Positions 25,757 to 38,504 of a stretch of 64,000 nt of DNA are shown here, piece by piece. The notes beneath the pieces are model-generated. The model was given only the letters and a program-made list of their open reading frames with translations. It was not told the DNA's origin and ran no database searches. Every line of letters starts with the position of its first letter. The stretch's first letter is position 1. The position numbers and the translations under genes were made by a program. The stretch lies in the NCBI GenBank assembly GCA_002269645.1, contig NIVC01000459.1:62001-126000 (forward strand). Direction: 5' to 3'. This stretch comes from Macrostomum lignano (Eukaryota).

Positions 25757-26640
25757 TTCCAAGGGTGAATCTAAGGATTCCAAGGGTGGTGAATCTAATG
25801 ATTCTAAGGGTGAACCTAAGAATTCCAAGGGTGGTGAATCTAATGATTCTAAGGGTGAACCTAAGAATTCCAAGGGTGGTGAATCTAATGATTCTAAGGG
25901 TGAATCTAAGGATTGCAAGGGTGAATCTAAGGATTGCAAGGGTGAATCTAAGGATTGCAAGGGTGGTGAATCTAATGATTCTAAGTGTGAATCTAAGGAT
26001 TGCAAGGGTGGTGAATCTAATGATTCTAAGGGTGAATCTAAGGATTGCAAGGGTGGTGAATCTAATGATTCTAAGGGTGAATCTAAGGATTGCAAGGGTG
26101 AATCTAAGGATTCCAAGGGTGGTGAATCTAATGATTCTAAGGGTGAACCTAAGAATTCCAAGGGTGGTGAATCTAATGATTCTAAGGGTGAATCTAAGGA
26201 TTGCAAGGGTGAATCTAAGGATTGCAAGGGTGGTGAATATAATGATTCTAAGGGTGAATCTAAGGATTGCAAGGGTGGTGAATCTAATGATTCTAAGGGT
26301 GAATCTAAGGATTCCAAGGGTGGTGAATCTAATGATTCTAAGGGTGAATCTAAGGATTCCAAGGGTGGTGAATCTAATGATTCTAAGGATGAACCTAAGA
26401 ATTCCAAGGGTGGTGAATCTAATGATTCTAAGGGTGAATCTAAGGATTGCAAGGGTGAATCTAAGGATTGCAAGGGTGGTGAATCTAATGATTCTAAGGG
26501 TGAATCTAAGGATACCAAGGGTGAATCTAAGGATAGCAAGGGTGAATCTAAGGATACCAAGGGTGAATCTAAGGATACCAAGGGTGAATCTAAGGATACC
26601 AAGGGTGAATCTAAGGATACCAAGGGTGAATCTAAGGATT
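25757..26640. repeat. Mixed 21/24-bp array (GGGTGAATCTAAGGATTGCAA / GGGTGGTGAATCTAATGATTCTAA), ~40 copies
   Basis: Unit lengths are multiples of 3, which explains the three long repetitive ORFs across it. Confidence 0.97.
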
Positions 26641-27154
26641 CCGTCATGAATCCAAATATTTAGGGGCGATACATGAACGTAACCTACTCATAAAAAAGAG
26701 AAAATAAGAGAGCAGTCTAGTAAGCTTACAATACGATTTGGAATTCAGTAACAAAAAGCATTATTTTGGGTGACATGGGTATAGCCCAAAAGAATAAAGA
26801 CAGTAAAATGGATTGCGGAACAAATAACTGGTCATCACAATTAGCTATATGCAAATATAGAGCATGATTAGATCCGCTTTTTAGAAGAAGACTTAACTGA
26901 TTGGGCAACAAACAAGCATATATAAGTACTTTTTAGATGCTAAAAATCCTATGCATAATTCTGTATAGCAAACAAGCTATAAACAATAAAACGAGATTCA
27001 AATTATAGTAATGGACAAGAGAAACAAAGAAATAAAAAATGAAAATTACTGAAAATGTCATATACTACTCTTTAACTAGCTCAGTACACTAGTGCATATC
27101 AATATGAGAGTACTGAACTTCTTGACTAACAAGCTTGAATTGTGAAGTCTCAAC

Positions 27155-27470
27155 TTTTAACTGTAGAAGTACCTATGCACTTTTAACTGCATGTAGAAGT
27201 ACCTATGCACTTTTAACTGCGACAGTACCTATGCACTTTTAACTGTAGAAGTACCTATGCACTTTTAACTGCGACAGTACCTATGCAGTTTTAACTGTAG
27301 AAGTACCTATGCACTTTTAACTGTAGAAGTACCTATGCACTTTTAACTGCGACAGTACCTATGCACTTTTTACTGCGACAGTACCTATGCACTTTTAACT
27401 GTAGAAGTACCTATGTACATTTGACTGTAGAAGTACCTGTGCACTTTTAACTGCGGAAGTACCTATGCAC
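27155..27470. repeat. 25-26 bp array (TTTTAACTGTAGAAGTACCTATGCAC), ~12 copies
   Basis: Direct repetition just downstream of the RIC3 stop. Confidence 0.9.
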
Positions 27471-27531
27471 CCAAAAAAGTAAACAAATGTTTATATTGCC
27501 TTCTCAAAGACTCTGACGGCACTCGATCGAA

Positions 27532-28323
27532 TCACTGAGCCTGGCGTATGCCTTCCAGAAGGCGAACCATCTCAGCTTCAGTGCGAGCCAGCTGTAGTTT
27601 CAACTGCTCACGATTGCCGTTATCGCTCCCGCCGTTGTCAAGGCGACCAAGCAGCTTCTGCAGATCCCGCTCGATGGCGGCCAGAGACAGGCTTTCGCCG
27701 CCATTTTCACCAGCCGAACCGTTGCTATGGCCAGAAACGTCCCCGTTGCCATCCAATGCTTGTTGCTGTTGCCTAGCAACCAGACTGGCTAGCAACCGCT
27801 GCTGCTGTCGACGCCACTCGGGTGAAAACTGCCGATTGATTCCACTGCTGACTCCGCCGCTGCCGCCAGCCATGCGCATCAGAGTGTACAACAGGAAGCC
27901 CAAGATGGCTACGCTGTACAATGGCAGCACCACGGTTACTAGGCTGTTGCTATGCAGTCCGGATGCCTGCTGTAGCTGCTGATGCCGCTGTTGATGATGA
28001 TGATGATGCTGCTGCTGCTGATGCATCGGCGGATGAAAAACTGGCTGAGGCCTGCCGCCGTTGGCAACTGCCGCTGCGGCCGCCTCCGCCGCGCTGGCCA
28101 TCCGCTGTGCATCGTCGGCGTCGACGGTGTCAAGCAGCGCAGCGGCCGGTCTAAGGCGGTCCCTCGGATGCGCCATAGCGGCCTCGGCGGCTTGTTTAGC
28201 CTCGTCACGGCGGCCCATGGCGGCCAGAAGCAGCGGCTGCAGCAGGCGGGGATAGAGGGCGGCAAAGCAGAGGGCGGCGAGGCCCAGGGCTGCGTAGCCT
28301 TTGGCCTGCTGCGAGTGCAGAAA
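27532..28323 (-). CDS. RIC3: RIC-3 nicotinic acetylcholine receptor chaperone (main exon; first coding exon not located)
   Basis: N-terminal hydrophobic ALCFAALYPRLLQPL (invertebrate RIC-3 CFAxLxP motif), second TM VLPLYSVAILGFLLYTL (cf. IPIYGFGIFLYILY) and coiled coil LKLQLARTEAEMVRLL. Acceptor CATTTCAG| at 28323. Confidence 0.85.
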   Translation of the reverse strand, partial: FLHSQQAKGYAALGLAALCFAALYPRLLQPLLLAAMGRRDEAKQAAEAAMAHPRDRLRPAAALLDTVDADDAQRMASAAEAAAAAVANGGRPQPVFHPPMHQQQQHHHHHQQRHQQLQQASGLHSNSLVTVVLPLYSVAILGFLLYTLMRMAGGSGGVSSGINRQFSPEWRRQQQRLLASLVARQQQQALDGNGDVSGHSNGSAGENGGESLSLAAIERDLQKLLGRLDNGGSDNGNREQLKLQLARTEAEMVRLLEGIRQAQ

Positions 28324-29574
28324 CTGAAATGTTTTGTTTTGCAGCTTTTTAATAATGGGATAAATTTCCTAATTTCCTCCTATTATAAAAAGGACATGTT
28401 GGTCTTAATTACAGTATTCGCGAAAATCCTAACCCCGAAGTCATTAAAATCCCAATCTCAAATTTATGAAGATCCCTATTTTAATTTATAAAAATCCTAA
28501 TTTTAAATTCATGAAAATCCCCATCGTAAATTTATAAAAAATCCCAGTCCTAAATTTTTGAGAATCCCAATCCGAAATTTATGAAAATCCCAGTCCTAAA
28601 TCCATAGACAAAAACTCTAATTGAACTGAACTAAAATTCCATATTTCTAAAGTCACTGAACATCATTACTACACATAATACAAAAAATGGTAAATTCAAA
28701 ATTCGAAATGATAAACTCAAACCATTGAGTCAGTTTAAATCCAAACTTCAGCTCAAGTAACTGCAGCTTAACCTGAACCACTCCAGCATAGTCACTCGAT
28801 TGCCAATGTTAGAATGCCAATCGCACAGTTTACATTATATTTTTATCTATTCATTTCAACAGAGTCAATACGGCAAAAAAATTAGCTGAATCCAATTCAA
28901 TACAGAGACAACAATCGAATGATTAACTATCTCTGCGCGAGAATTCCCACAAACCAAGCAAAGCGTTTTGAAGAGCAAAATAAAAACAAGAAAATAAACA
29001 GAGAAACAGCAAACTATGGACTACTGGAACCATCTTCTCATAAGCACTAAATACTTATGGACATTTTTGCTTCCTTATATCGGTTTAAGTACTTGTACTT
29101 TTGCTAAATCACGATTCTAGCCACCTTATCGGCAAAATGTTACTCTCCTAAATTGTCAAACTACGTAATCTAGTCTTTTTTATAAAACATTTTATAAAAT
29201 TAAACTACTTACTAAGTTCTTATCATTAGTAGTGTAAAATGCGCATCAATCACCAAAAACTTGCAACACAGAGAATCCACCATTTATGTGGATATTCTGT
29301 ATTCATTTACGAGATTGTTGCTACGAATTTTAGGATCTGTAAAAGTTTTTAGGGGTTGTAAAATTTCCTTATTCTAAAGTCACTAGAAACTAACACGGTG
29401 CTAATTAGTTCAAAATGATTTCTACTCATTAATAGAAGGATTAGGGATTTATCAACTTTCAAAGCGGATCTTTTTAAACCTACGAAAACCACTACTCAGT
29501 TATTTTATAGTAGCAGAACACATCCGATTCAGTCAGAAAAGCCACACAGAGACACAAGGCCAATCGCGAGTCTC

Positions 29575-32500
29575 TCAGTTGTGAATAGGCCGGTCCAGGG
29601 CGTCTCCGCGCAAGCCGAACTTCTTCTCGAAGCAATACAGCAAATTGTTAGTCCGCTGGTAGAGCACTCTAGTTTTCTCTATTACCTGCTGATAGGGCGA
29701 GATGTGCTGAGAGCCCATAGTTACTAAGCCGTGCTTGGAGTCAATCTTGGCGTCCAGCCTAGCATTTCTGATCAGGTCAACTAGCCATTTCTCGGCGTCC
29801 TCCGGGTTCATGTTGAGCTTCTGCGCCAGCATATCAATGCTGATCACCTGGTGGATCCGGCAGAATGTCTCGAAGATGAGGTGCCTGGCGGACTCCAGGA
29901 ACTGGTCCAGTCGGTGGCACAGGAAGAAATCGTTGACAATAACATCTGTGCAAGCGCGCAGCTTGTCTTGGGCTCCGTCGAAGTCGAACTGAATGTAGAG
30001 ACACTCGAGGAACTCCGTGATCGGATCGCGGTAGGTGTACGACTCCTGTTGATAGCAGTGTGGAAATTTAACAAGGATTAGCATTAAATGTTGCTAAAAC
30101 AATCCCCCAAATACCCTACTTATAGTAAAGTGGAGAGAATGCTACAAAGGTTACATTTTGATAGATATATTTGACCTGTGTCACACTTAAACACCAAATT
30201 TCCAAGGCAATATAGCAAGTGTCCAACAGATGTCCTTTCCGCCATGCCAATAAAGGTCAAATAAGTGTACGAGCCTTTAATTTCTTCAGCACATAATTTA
30301 GTTTAAGTTCTTCGGGCAGGAGGGCTGCGGGCACCTTGGCGCAACGCCCTCGGCGACATGGTCCTACAACCAGCGCTGACTGCAATGCTGCCCATTCCGC
30401 TGAGTCCTGAGCACACACAAGCGCACCAATGCTGTACACAGTCACGCACTCATGCACACGCTGTAGCTTACGTACGTATCGCACACTGACAGACTTAAAA
30501 GAGCTGACTTCCCAACCCTAATCGGCTTCATCGCTAATGCTTCAAACCTGTTGAATAACTCGAATGAGGTCGGAGAAGTTGCGCTTCTTTCGGCTGCGAT
30601 TCATGATGACGCAGACGGCCAGGTAGCGCAGCAGGTGCGGCGCCAGAGTCTGGATGGCATTCAGGTAGTCTTTGTCCAAGAACATGTCAATTAGCAGCTC
30701 TGTGCCGTCTTTGTCGCCCTCTTTGTAATTGAAGAAGACGAATAGGGACCAGTGGAGCAGCCAGGTGCGCTGCTGGAGCAGCTGCAGTGGGATGACTCGG
30801 TCGCTCTTCATCATCTCTTTGAGCTCGTCCAGGCAGGCGAGCGCGTCCTGTGGTTAAACAGATCTTGACAGTATAGTTTACCTTCCAATATACTGGGAAT
30901 TAAAAAGATGGAACAGATGGGATTGATGGGAAGGGAGATTGGGTGGAATAAAAAATTCCCAAAATAGTCTCAAAAAAGATCGCAAGAAAAATTCCCAAAA
31001 TCAAAATGGAATTAGGATAGAAATTCCAGAACGAGACTGACATTAGGGGAGTTTAGGGGAAATTAACGAGCAGAAAAATGCCAAAAAACTCAAAATAAAG
31101 GAGAGTAAGAATCCGCAGAATAAAGTTAATACTTTAATTTTGATAATACTAATAATATTAATAGTAATAATTGATTTCACCTGCCCGATTGCACCAGATG
31201 TGCAACCGACAGCTCAGCCGCAGCTATTGCGCGGCGCATCTGAAGGCTGCGTACGGCTGTTCAGTCCAAGGACTGGGGGTCGCCACACACCCTCAATTAC
31301 CCCAGCTAATGCTGGCACCCATTTTACAGCTGGGGAACTGAAGCAATGCAGAGTTAAGTGTCTTGCTCAAGGGACACAAATTGTTCCTAGTGGGATCGGG
31401 AATCGAACCCCTGGCCTCAAGTCGTGAGTCCGACGCTCTAACCCCTTTTAATTTTTCTTTCTTTACTAAAACTAGAAAATGCCCTACCTTGAAATTGTCG
31501 TTAAGAATCTCGCACGCCAGCAGGCCCCACATGGCCGACGAGACGCGAGGATCGCTGGCCGGCGCCAGCATCCTGAACACGGACAGGAAGCCCTTGGCCT
31601 GATTGTAGTTGCCAATGCTGTACTTCAGCCGAGACAATTCGTACATGTCATCAAGCATTTCGGGCTTGTAGCCAAACTGAGCAGCAAGGGTTTCAATCAG
31701 CTTAGTGTGGTCCTTCTCCGAGCGCAGCTTGTTCATGTTCTCGGCGTTGAAAATCCGGACAAGAACTTCTTCTTTTTCGCGGAAATCTTCCAATTGTTCT
31801 AGGACGGCCGCGCGCTTCTGTTGATACTCTTCGGGCACATCGGCGTCGTCATCGAGGCCGTGAAGAGTCAAATAGGTCTCGATAATGTAATCAACCATGT
31901 TGGTTTTCTCCAACAGGTCCAACTTGGCTTGCAGAATGTCATCGCGCGGGTAGATCTAGGTTGGGTAGCAACAATAAGAGAGCTGTTTGGCAAAAAATTA
32001 CTCATTAGTACAAAATGTGGTTGAAATTTGTGCATCAAAGTTTAATCACAAAAACCCCTATTGGCTCAAATTGGTTCTGAATTCTTTTAATTTTAGTTGA
32101 TTCTATATAATAACAATGTGATACTGTTTTATAAGTCTTAGACAGACCCCAGTTATAAAGATATTTTATATTCTCTTATGCTTGCAAACTGTTGAACTCT
32201 TATGAATGAATTCTAACGTCATATTGTCCAAAAAGAAAGATACTTCATGACAAGTTAGGCTACAATCTAGGCAAAGCTTTTTATAGTACTTAATATTGAT
32301 GCAAATTTTTATTTGTAAATCATTGCTTATTGATCACAAATATCATATAAAAGATAAATATTTATAGATCTAGAAAACTAAAGGAATAAACATATTTGAC
32401 ACATAATACAAGTTGTTTATATTAGACCATGAAAAAACCCAGGTTTTGGTCAAGTCAAGTACTTGACAAAACTTTGGGGGTTTCAGCCAAGTAATCAATC

Positions 32501-34480
32501 AAGTCAAGTATTGTTGAGTAGTTAAGTAGAATGAAAATTTGGTAGTTTTTAATTTCAAACTCCAACCTTGATCTATTGTCTTATATTGTTTGCACTAAAT
32601 ATTATATTCCTTCATTTTGTTTGTATTTCCAGGAATTATAGATTCTCAAGTAATACTTGACAAAATCTTGCTATTTCAATTGCTTTTAATTTAAGTAAAT
32701 TTATTGATTCATTTAAGTAAATAGATTCTAGGAAATTAGAATAACCTCAAACTAAAAATGAAGAATATATGTACATAGAATACATAAAAATGCTATTTCC
32801 ACAAGCATTTCAATCTGCAAGTATGCCAAATTGATTTGTTTTCAAGTTAAAACTAAAGTTTTTTCATTCCTTCATTGATTTTTTTTTATTTTTAAACAAA
32901 TTTTTAGTTTGCTAAGAATAAGATATGAGATAGATATATAAGAAATGGATATACATCTTAATCTAAAGCTGAGTAGGCTAGATAACTAGCTAGCTAAGTT
33001 TAATATTTATCTCCTAAACAGCTAACAACTCAAGTGTGGGACATATATCAATGCAGAATTATCAAGGCCTATATATTTAGAGAATACTAATTACCTGTCT
33101 TAAAATCTAAGCATTTGGAAATGAAAGACATATGGTTATATAGTTTAAGCTTATTTTAATATCTATCATAATTGTGCAATAATTATCAATTAAGCCTATC
33201 ATTATTATTAATAGATTATATATATTTGAAATTAAATAGTCTAATAAATGTCAAATGAAATACTTGTAGAAACTTATTTTTTCATTTCTTTATATTGCTT
33301 TTTTAAAGATTATAATTGTTTCAATTATGTAGTGATCTGCTAGTTTAGTGTTAGGTGTCCCCCAGGTCGGCAGTTGCCCTTGCCCTTGTCCTGGGTTGCT
33401 GTCTGCTACTAGTCAGCTTCCTGCCCCCTTTGTCTGCCTGCTTGCTATTCCCTTTCCCCTTTTGCCTGTTTTCTGCACCTCTATTCTCAGCCCTCAGCTT
33501 CTCTGCTATGGTCTGTTCTTGGTTTGCTCCAGTCTCTCTTTCCCCTGTCATATGAGCAAGTCACATGATAGGCCTTGCTTTTTTGGAGTCCTAAAGTGCA
33601 GTAAACATGTTTACTGCACCTGCTAATCCTGTTTTCTGGGAGAATCATGTGCTTTGAGCACCTTGCCTTCTCTAAGGTAAAGGTGACTCATGTTTCTAAA
33701 AATAGATATTGAGTCATGCGGCTCTGTGCACTTTGCCTGCAGACCCTGCCTTCTCTAAGACAGAGTGACCTCAGTTCTAAAAACAGAACAAGTCACGAGG
33801 TCTTGTTCATCCATGGGCAGAGGTGAATCTCACGCTATAAATAGGACCCTCTCTTTCTTATTTCCATCAAGGAGTTTTTGATCTTCTGAGTCTAAGTTTT
33901 CTGCAAGTCTGAGATTGAACACCTGTTCTCTGTCTATGTAAATTGAGTTCTCTGCTATTGACCTGACTGAGATCCTCTAAAGCCAACCCTAAAGCCTAAT
34001 AGAGGCTAACTCAGCCCTCCCATTCACCAACCAAGCCTGGCAGGTGCTGCTGACAAGAAGCATTATACATTGAGCTGCAAATCTGCACATTGTGCTATGT
34101 TCATTTACTTTGTTATTTTGTTCCGATGGGAAGCTTAACTCATCAAAGGCCGAGACCTAAAGGAACTAGTAGCAGCACTACCTATGCTACTAAGAGCTAA
34201 GAAGACTTTCCAAAGAAGAAGAGGCCTGAGAATTAAGGTGAACCTAAGGGCACTAAACCAGGAAGCAAACAGCTTTCTACTTCAATAACAAGACATTTCA
34301 GTGTGAGTCATTTTGGCAATTTGGTGTAAAGCAAAAGTCATTTTTGTTCTAAGCAAAATACCCTTTTGCTTTGTGATAGCTATTATAATTTCAATTTCAA
34401 GTTAATGCCTCTTCAAATATAGATCAGGGTTTGCTCTAACTATATATTTATATGCCTTTCAAATGTCTAAATATTAGGCC

Positions 34481-34520
<40 letters not shown>

Positions 34521-37500
34521 ATAGTATAAATCCTAGACTGCATGTCTTAAAAACAATTAAAATAACTTTTACAATTATGTTATGTCTTGTTTAACATAAA
34601 ACTATACTGATTAGAATAATTACATAATAATTATGCCAAAGCCAAAAGGACAATTAGGGACAATTATAAATAATGTCAATTAATATAATATGGTATATTA
34701 TGCAGAATTTCAAATATTGCTGACAATTATTTCGTACTATACTATATATAACAAATATTTGATGTAGGCCTTAGAATCTTATTTGCTATTAGATTTGTTT
34801 TTATTATAAAAAGAAAATGCTTTGTTGAGGCCTAATTTATTGATTAAAAATCATGATTTATTGATTGATTGATTGTAAATAAAATTGTTGACTTCAAAAA
34901 ACAAAACTCTATTATTGCCTCTTTTTTATTAGAGGCAAGGGGGTTGTATGCACCCTGGCATACTTTAAGCAACATTATTGCATTATGGGCATTATATGGG
35001 CATTATTGTCCATTCTACCGACTAAGAATAGGAATAAGATAAGCAAATGCACAAGGTATACATTATAAATAATTTTGTATTACCAACTGCTTATGTATTA
35101 AACATTCATTAGCAATCATATTATGTATATACTTAAAGCTTAAAAGTTAAGTTAAATAGCTGCATATCCTACATTGTGTTAACAAATCTACTAGTTGATG
35201 AATAGCCTCTAAGTCTATACTAGTGGTTTTGTAATAGCCACTTATTCTTTTCATGTGTTCAAAAATATGAACACACTATTTTGCCTTGAAGTAGTATCAT
35301 TTTCTATGCCTTAATCATTTGCCTTGCTTTGTTATTAGCAAAAATACATTGAAATACATCTCTCGTTTTTAACGCAAATGTTATCTAGAAAATTTTATTA
35401 GTAATAGTAGTACCTTGCCAATTTAGTAAAAATATTATTTTAGAAACTTATTATACTACGCTATATACTTTTAAATACTTTAGGAATACTATATTTTGTT
35501 ATAACTTGTCCGCCATGATGATAACATTTACTATAAATATAGCCAAATATATTGAGAGAAAAATCAACCTTGAGAACTCCTTGAAAGCCTTGGACTGTCT
35601 GACAGGCTCTCTGGCTTGGTTCCTTGCCACCTCTTTGTGCTGTTGGGCCTTAGTGCCGCCCTATTCTAAAAAAAGGCATTGAGTTAGACTTATTCTTTTA
35701 GAGACATACGGTCTCCTCCCCCATCCTTTCATACCCCTCTTGGGAGAGTACAATCTTCCCCTTCCTGGCGAATTGCTGCCTTTCCTTTCCCCAAGCTGAA
35801 TAAGGCATATAGCCTTTCCCTACTCCCCAACCCCTCAGCATAACCTGGCATTCTGCCAACTCCCCAACTAGATTTACTGTTTGCCCTGCCTCTAACTCCC
35901 TCATCAGGCATACTGCCTTCTTACCCTACTAGGCCTGCTGCCTAACTTTTTTCTTCTATTAATTCACCCACATCAGGCATATTGCCTCCTTACCCTATTA
36001 AGGCTTTTAGCCTATCATTCCCTGATTAGGCATATTGCCTTCTTAATTCTCTATCCAAATTCCCATAATGCCAGGCATTCCCTATTGAATACTAGAATTC
36101 CCTTAGGTGTGCTTATTTCCCAGGCAACTCTAGTCCACCACAAAGCCCTCCCTCGGACAGTTAATTTTGTAATAGACAGTGTCTTGCCGCTCGGACACTA
36201 TGTTACTAGGAGCAACCTCTAGCTTACTCCTTATAGTAATAAAGATTGAATATTATCCCCATTCTAAGAAAATCTTGATCTAATTTCCCAACCTCTCTAG
36301 AACAATTTGGTAGCTAAGCAGAGATTTTTCCATAGAGTCAGAGGTCTATAGCAGAACACAGGCAGAACTTACCCCTATAACAGTTTCTATGTATTTTGGT
36401 ACTCATACATTTTGGTACCCTACATTTTGGTGCCTAATTGCTTTTTGGTACCCTAGTTTATAATACCAAAATGAGAATAAAAAAGTGATCCTATAACAAA
36501 TATAATAAATAATTTTCAAAACATTTAATATTCTTAATAAAAGCAGTATCCATTTTGTTAAGCTGGCATATTATAAAAAGAAATGAGTGTAACATACACC
36601 ACACATTATTACGCATGTTATTCCGCATGTTATTCCTCACATTCCACTAGTTATTCTGTATGTTGTTCCGCATGGTATTCCACATGTTATTACACATGTT
36701 ATTCCACATGTTATTCCGCATTTTATTCTGCACATTATTCTGAATATTATTCCGCACACTATTCCAAATTTTATTCCCCATGTTATTCTGTACTTTATTC
36801 CGTACATTAGTCCGCACATCTACTTTTTTAACATATTTCCCACCAAGCTAGCTCTAGTCTAACTTACGCGTCCGATACATGATTTCCACGTCAAAAATGT
36901 GAAGATATAGATAGTTTTAATAAATATGATGATCTGCATAAAATACAATTGTAAAAATAATATGCCATTAGCTAAATGCAGTAATATAGTTTACTTACTA
37001 CAAATTAGTTTTTTATTTGGTGTTAGGACTTATAATATTTATTAGAGTGTAAACTTCTTTCAGTATCAAAGAACACTTTATTTTGCATCCTGTAGTGACC
37101 TTGTACATGTATGATGTGATTCTTTCATTAATTATATATGGTTGATAAGTAGTCACTTGTCTCTTCTTTTTTTAACCTCTCCGCGACCCCGGCTCTGTGC
37201 ATGCAACTCTGTAACTCAACTTATAACTCTGCAACTATGTAGGCTTTTGCTTTACATTTAAAAAGTAAAAAAAATGGAAAAATTACTTGTAAATTTTATA
37301 CAGAACATTGTGGAAAAATGTCTAATAACATGCAAATAACATGCAGAATGATGTGCTAAATAATGTGCGGAATAATGTACAGAATAACATGTAGAATAAT
37401 GTGCGGAATAGCATGTGGAATTACGTATAGAATAATATTCGGCGTAAGTTATTCACATTAAAAAGAAATTACATACTAATTGTCTATTTAAAAAATATTG

Positions 37501-38504
37501 GCTCTTTGGAAATGTTTGTCTTGTGTTATATCAAATTATACTATTTTAATATTGTACCATAATGCGCCGGATTTTTCTTTCTTGCCTACTGTTGGACTGG
37601 AATGTGCTAGTGCAGTGCATATCCAACCCTTTTTGCACCAGAAGTTTCTGTGAAAAAAGGTCATTTTCCTGATTATATTTATAGGATATAGAATGATACT
37701 ACATATAATTTTATTGAAATCAATATGACTAAGGGCCTAGTTTATTTTAGTATTGATTTTTGAATCATATAATTTTATTTTTTATTTTTTAAGAAATCAA
37801 ATTGGGGGAGAAAATAAATGAAATGAAATTACTTTTTAAAATTAAATTTTTTAGCTTTAGAGTTTAGGTCAGCTTAACAAACTGAATAATACTTTTGTTT
37901 TTTTTAAGTAGAGAACTATTACAAAGGCAAAGCACTTACTGCTAAATTAAGACTCATTGTCTATATTTTTGTGTCAAATTCTAATTTATAATTCAGGCAC
38001 CAAAAGCAAACTGGGGCATGAAATGCTAGGCACCAAAATGCATAGGCACCAAAAAGTGTGGATAGATATCATACTAGCAAAGGCCAGCTAGGCCAGTTAA
38101 AAATGAGATGAGTTTATGAGCACCTAAAAAATTACTCAATTTAAATCTAAATCTTAGGAATAAATTTTTTATTTATTAAGCCAAGGGCACATTGCCACCA
38201 TTGGCTTTTAATATTTTTTGTATTTACCTTGTCCCTTAGCCTAGGCTTAAAATGACTTATACATTTTTCACATTGCAACTCAACAATATAATACATTGTT
38301 ATTAACATTAAAAATATGAAATGGCTTAAAACTTAGAATAAATGACAAAAATCAGTACTAGTAGGCAAGGAATTGAAATTTATTTTTTTAAATTGATTGG
38401 ATTTATCAACTTACATCCTGCGTTTCCAAAAATTCAAGAAATGTTGATGCTAAATTTCGATCTAGATAAGCACTTAAAGTCTTTGTCAGGTCATATTCGG
38501 CCAT
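29575..38504 (-). CDS. EIF3E: Translation initiation factor eIF3 subunit e (INT6). Exons 38415-38504, 31488-31955, 30548-30847, 29575-30045
   Basis: MAEYDLT..LEFL | [22 protein letters not shown].. | ..[28 protein letters not shown] | [40 protein letters not shown]. All junctions are phase-0 GT-AG. Confidence 0.97.
31140..31445 (-). mobile_element. tRNA-derived CORE-type SINE (copy 1)
   Basis: The minus strand gives a tRNA-like head with B box GGTTCGATTCC, then TGTGTCCCTTGAGCAAGACACTTAACTC..CAGCTGTAAAATGGG (matches the MIR CORE consensus), then an (ATT)n-like tail. Confidence 0.75.
33328..36320 (+). mobile_element. Degenerate LTR-retroelement-like relic(s) in EIF3E intron 1
   Basis: TG start at 33328 and TATAAATA at 33836. 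A second block has AATAAA at 36238 and an ..AACA end followed by TGGTAGC (PBS-like, start of the tRNA-iMet complement). Strongly CpG-poor. The two blocks do not match each other, so the classification is tentative. Confidence 0.4.
36390..38060. mobile_element. Nested foldback-type element(s) with inverted subterminal short repeats
   Basis: TTTTGGTRCC repeats (36390-36460) are inverted as AGGCACCAAAA (37995-38055). Inner 12-bp TTATTCCGCACA repeats (36600-36820) are inverted as TGTGCGGAATAA (37340-37440). Confidence 0.65.

Noticed and set aside
25678-26663. Plus-strand 306-aa KGESKDS and 323-aa RVNLRI repeat ORFs
   Set aside because: These are by-products of 21/24-bp units. They are antisense to FBXO42 with no unique flanking domain, and several frames are open at once.
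28773-28790. Candidate RIC3 first exon (ATG CTG GAG TGG TTC AG|GTTAAG)
   Set aside because: It ends in phase 2, whereas the RIC3 main exon needs phase 0, and no bridging exon was found.
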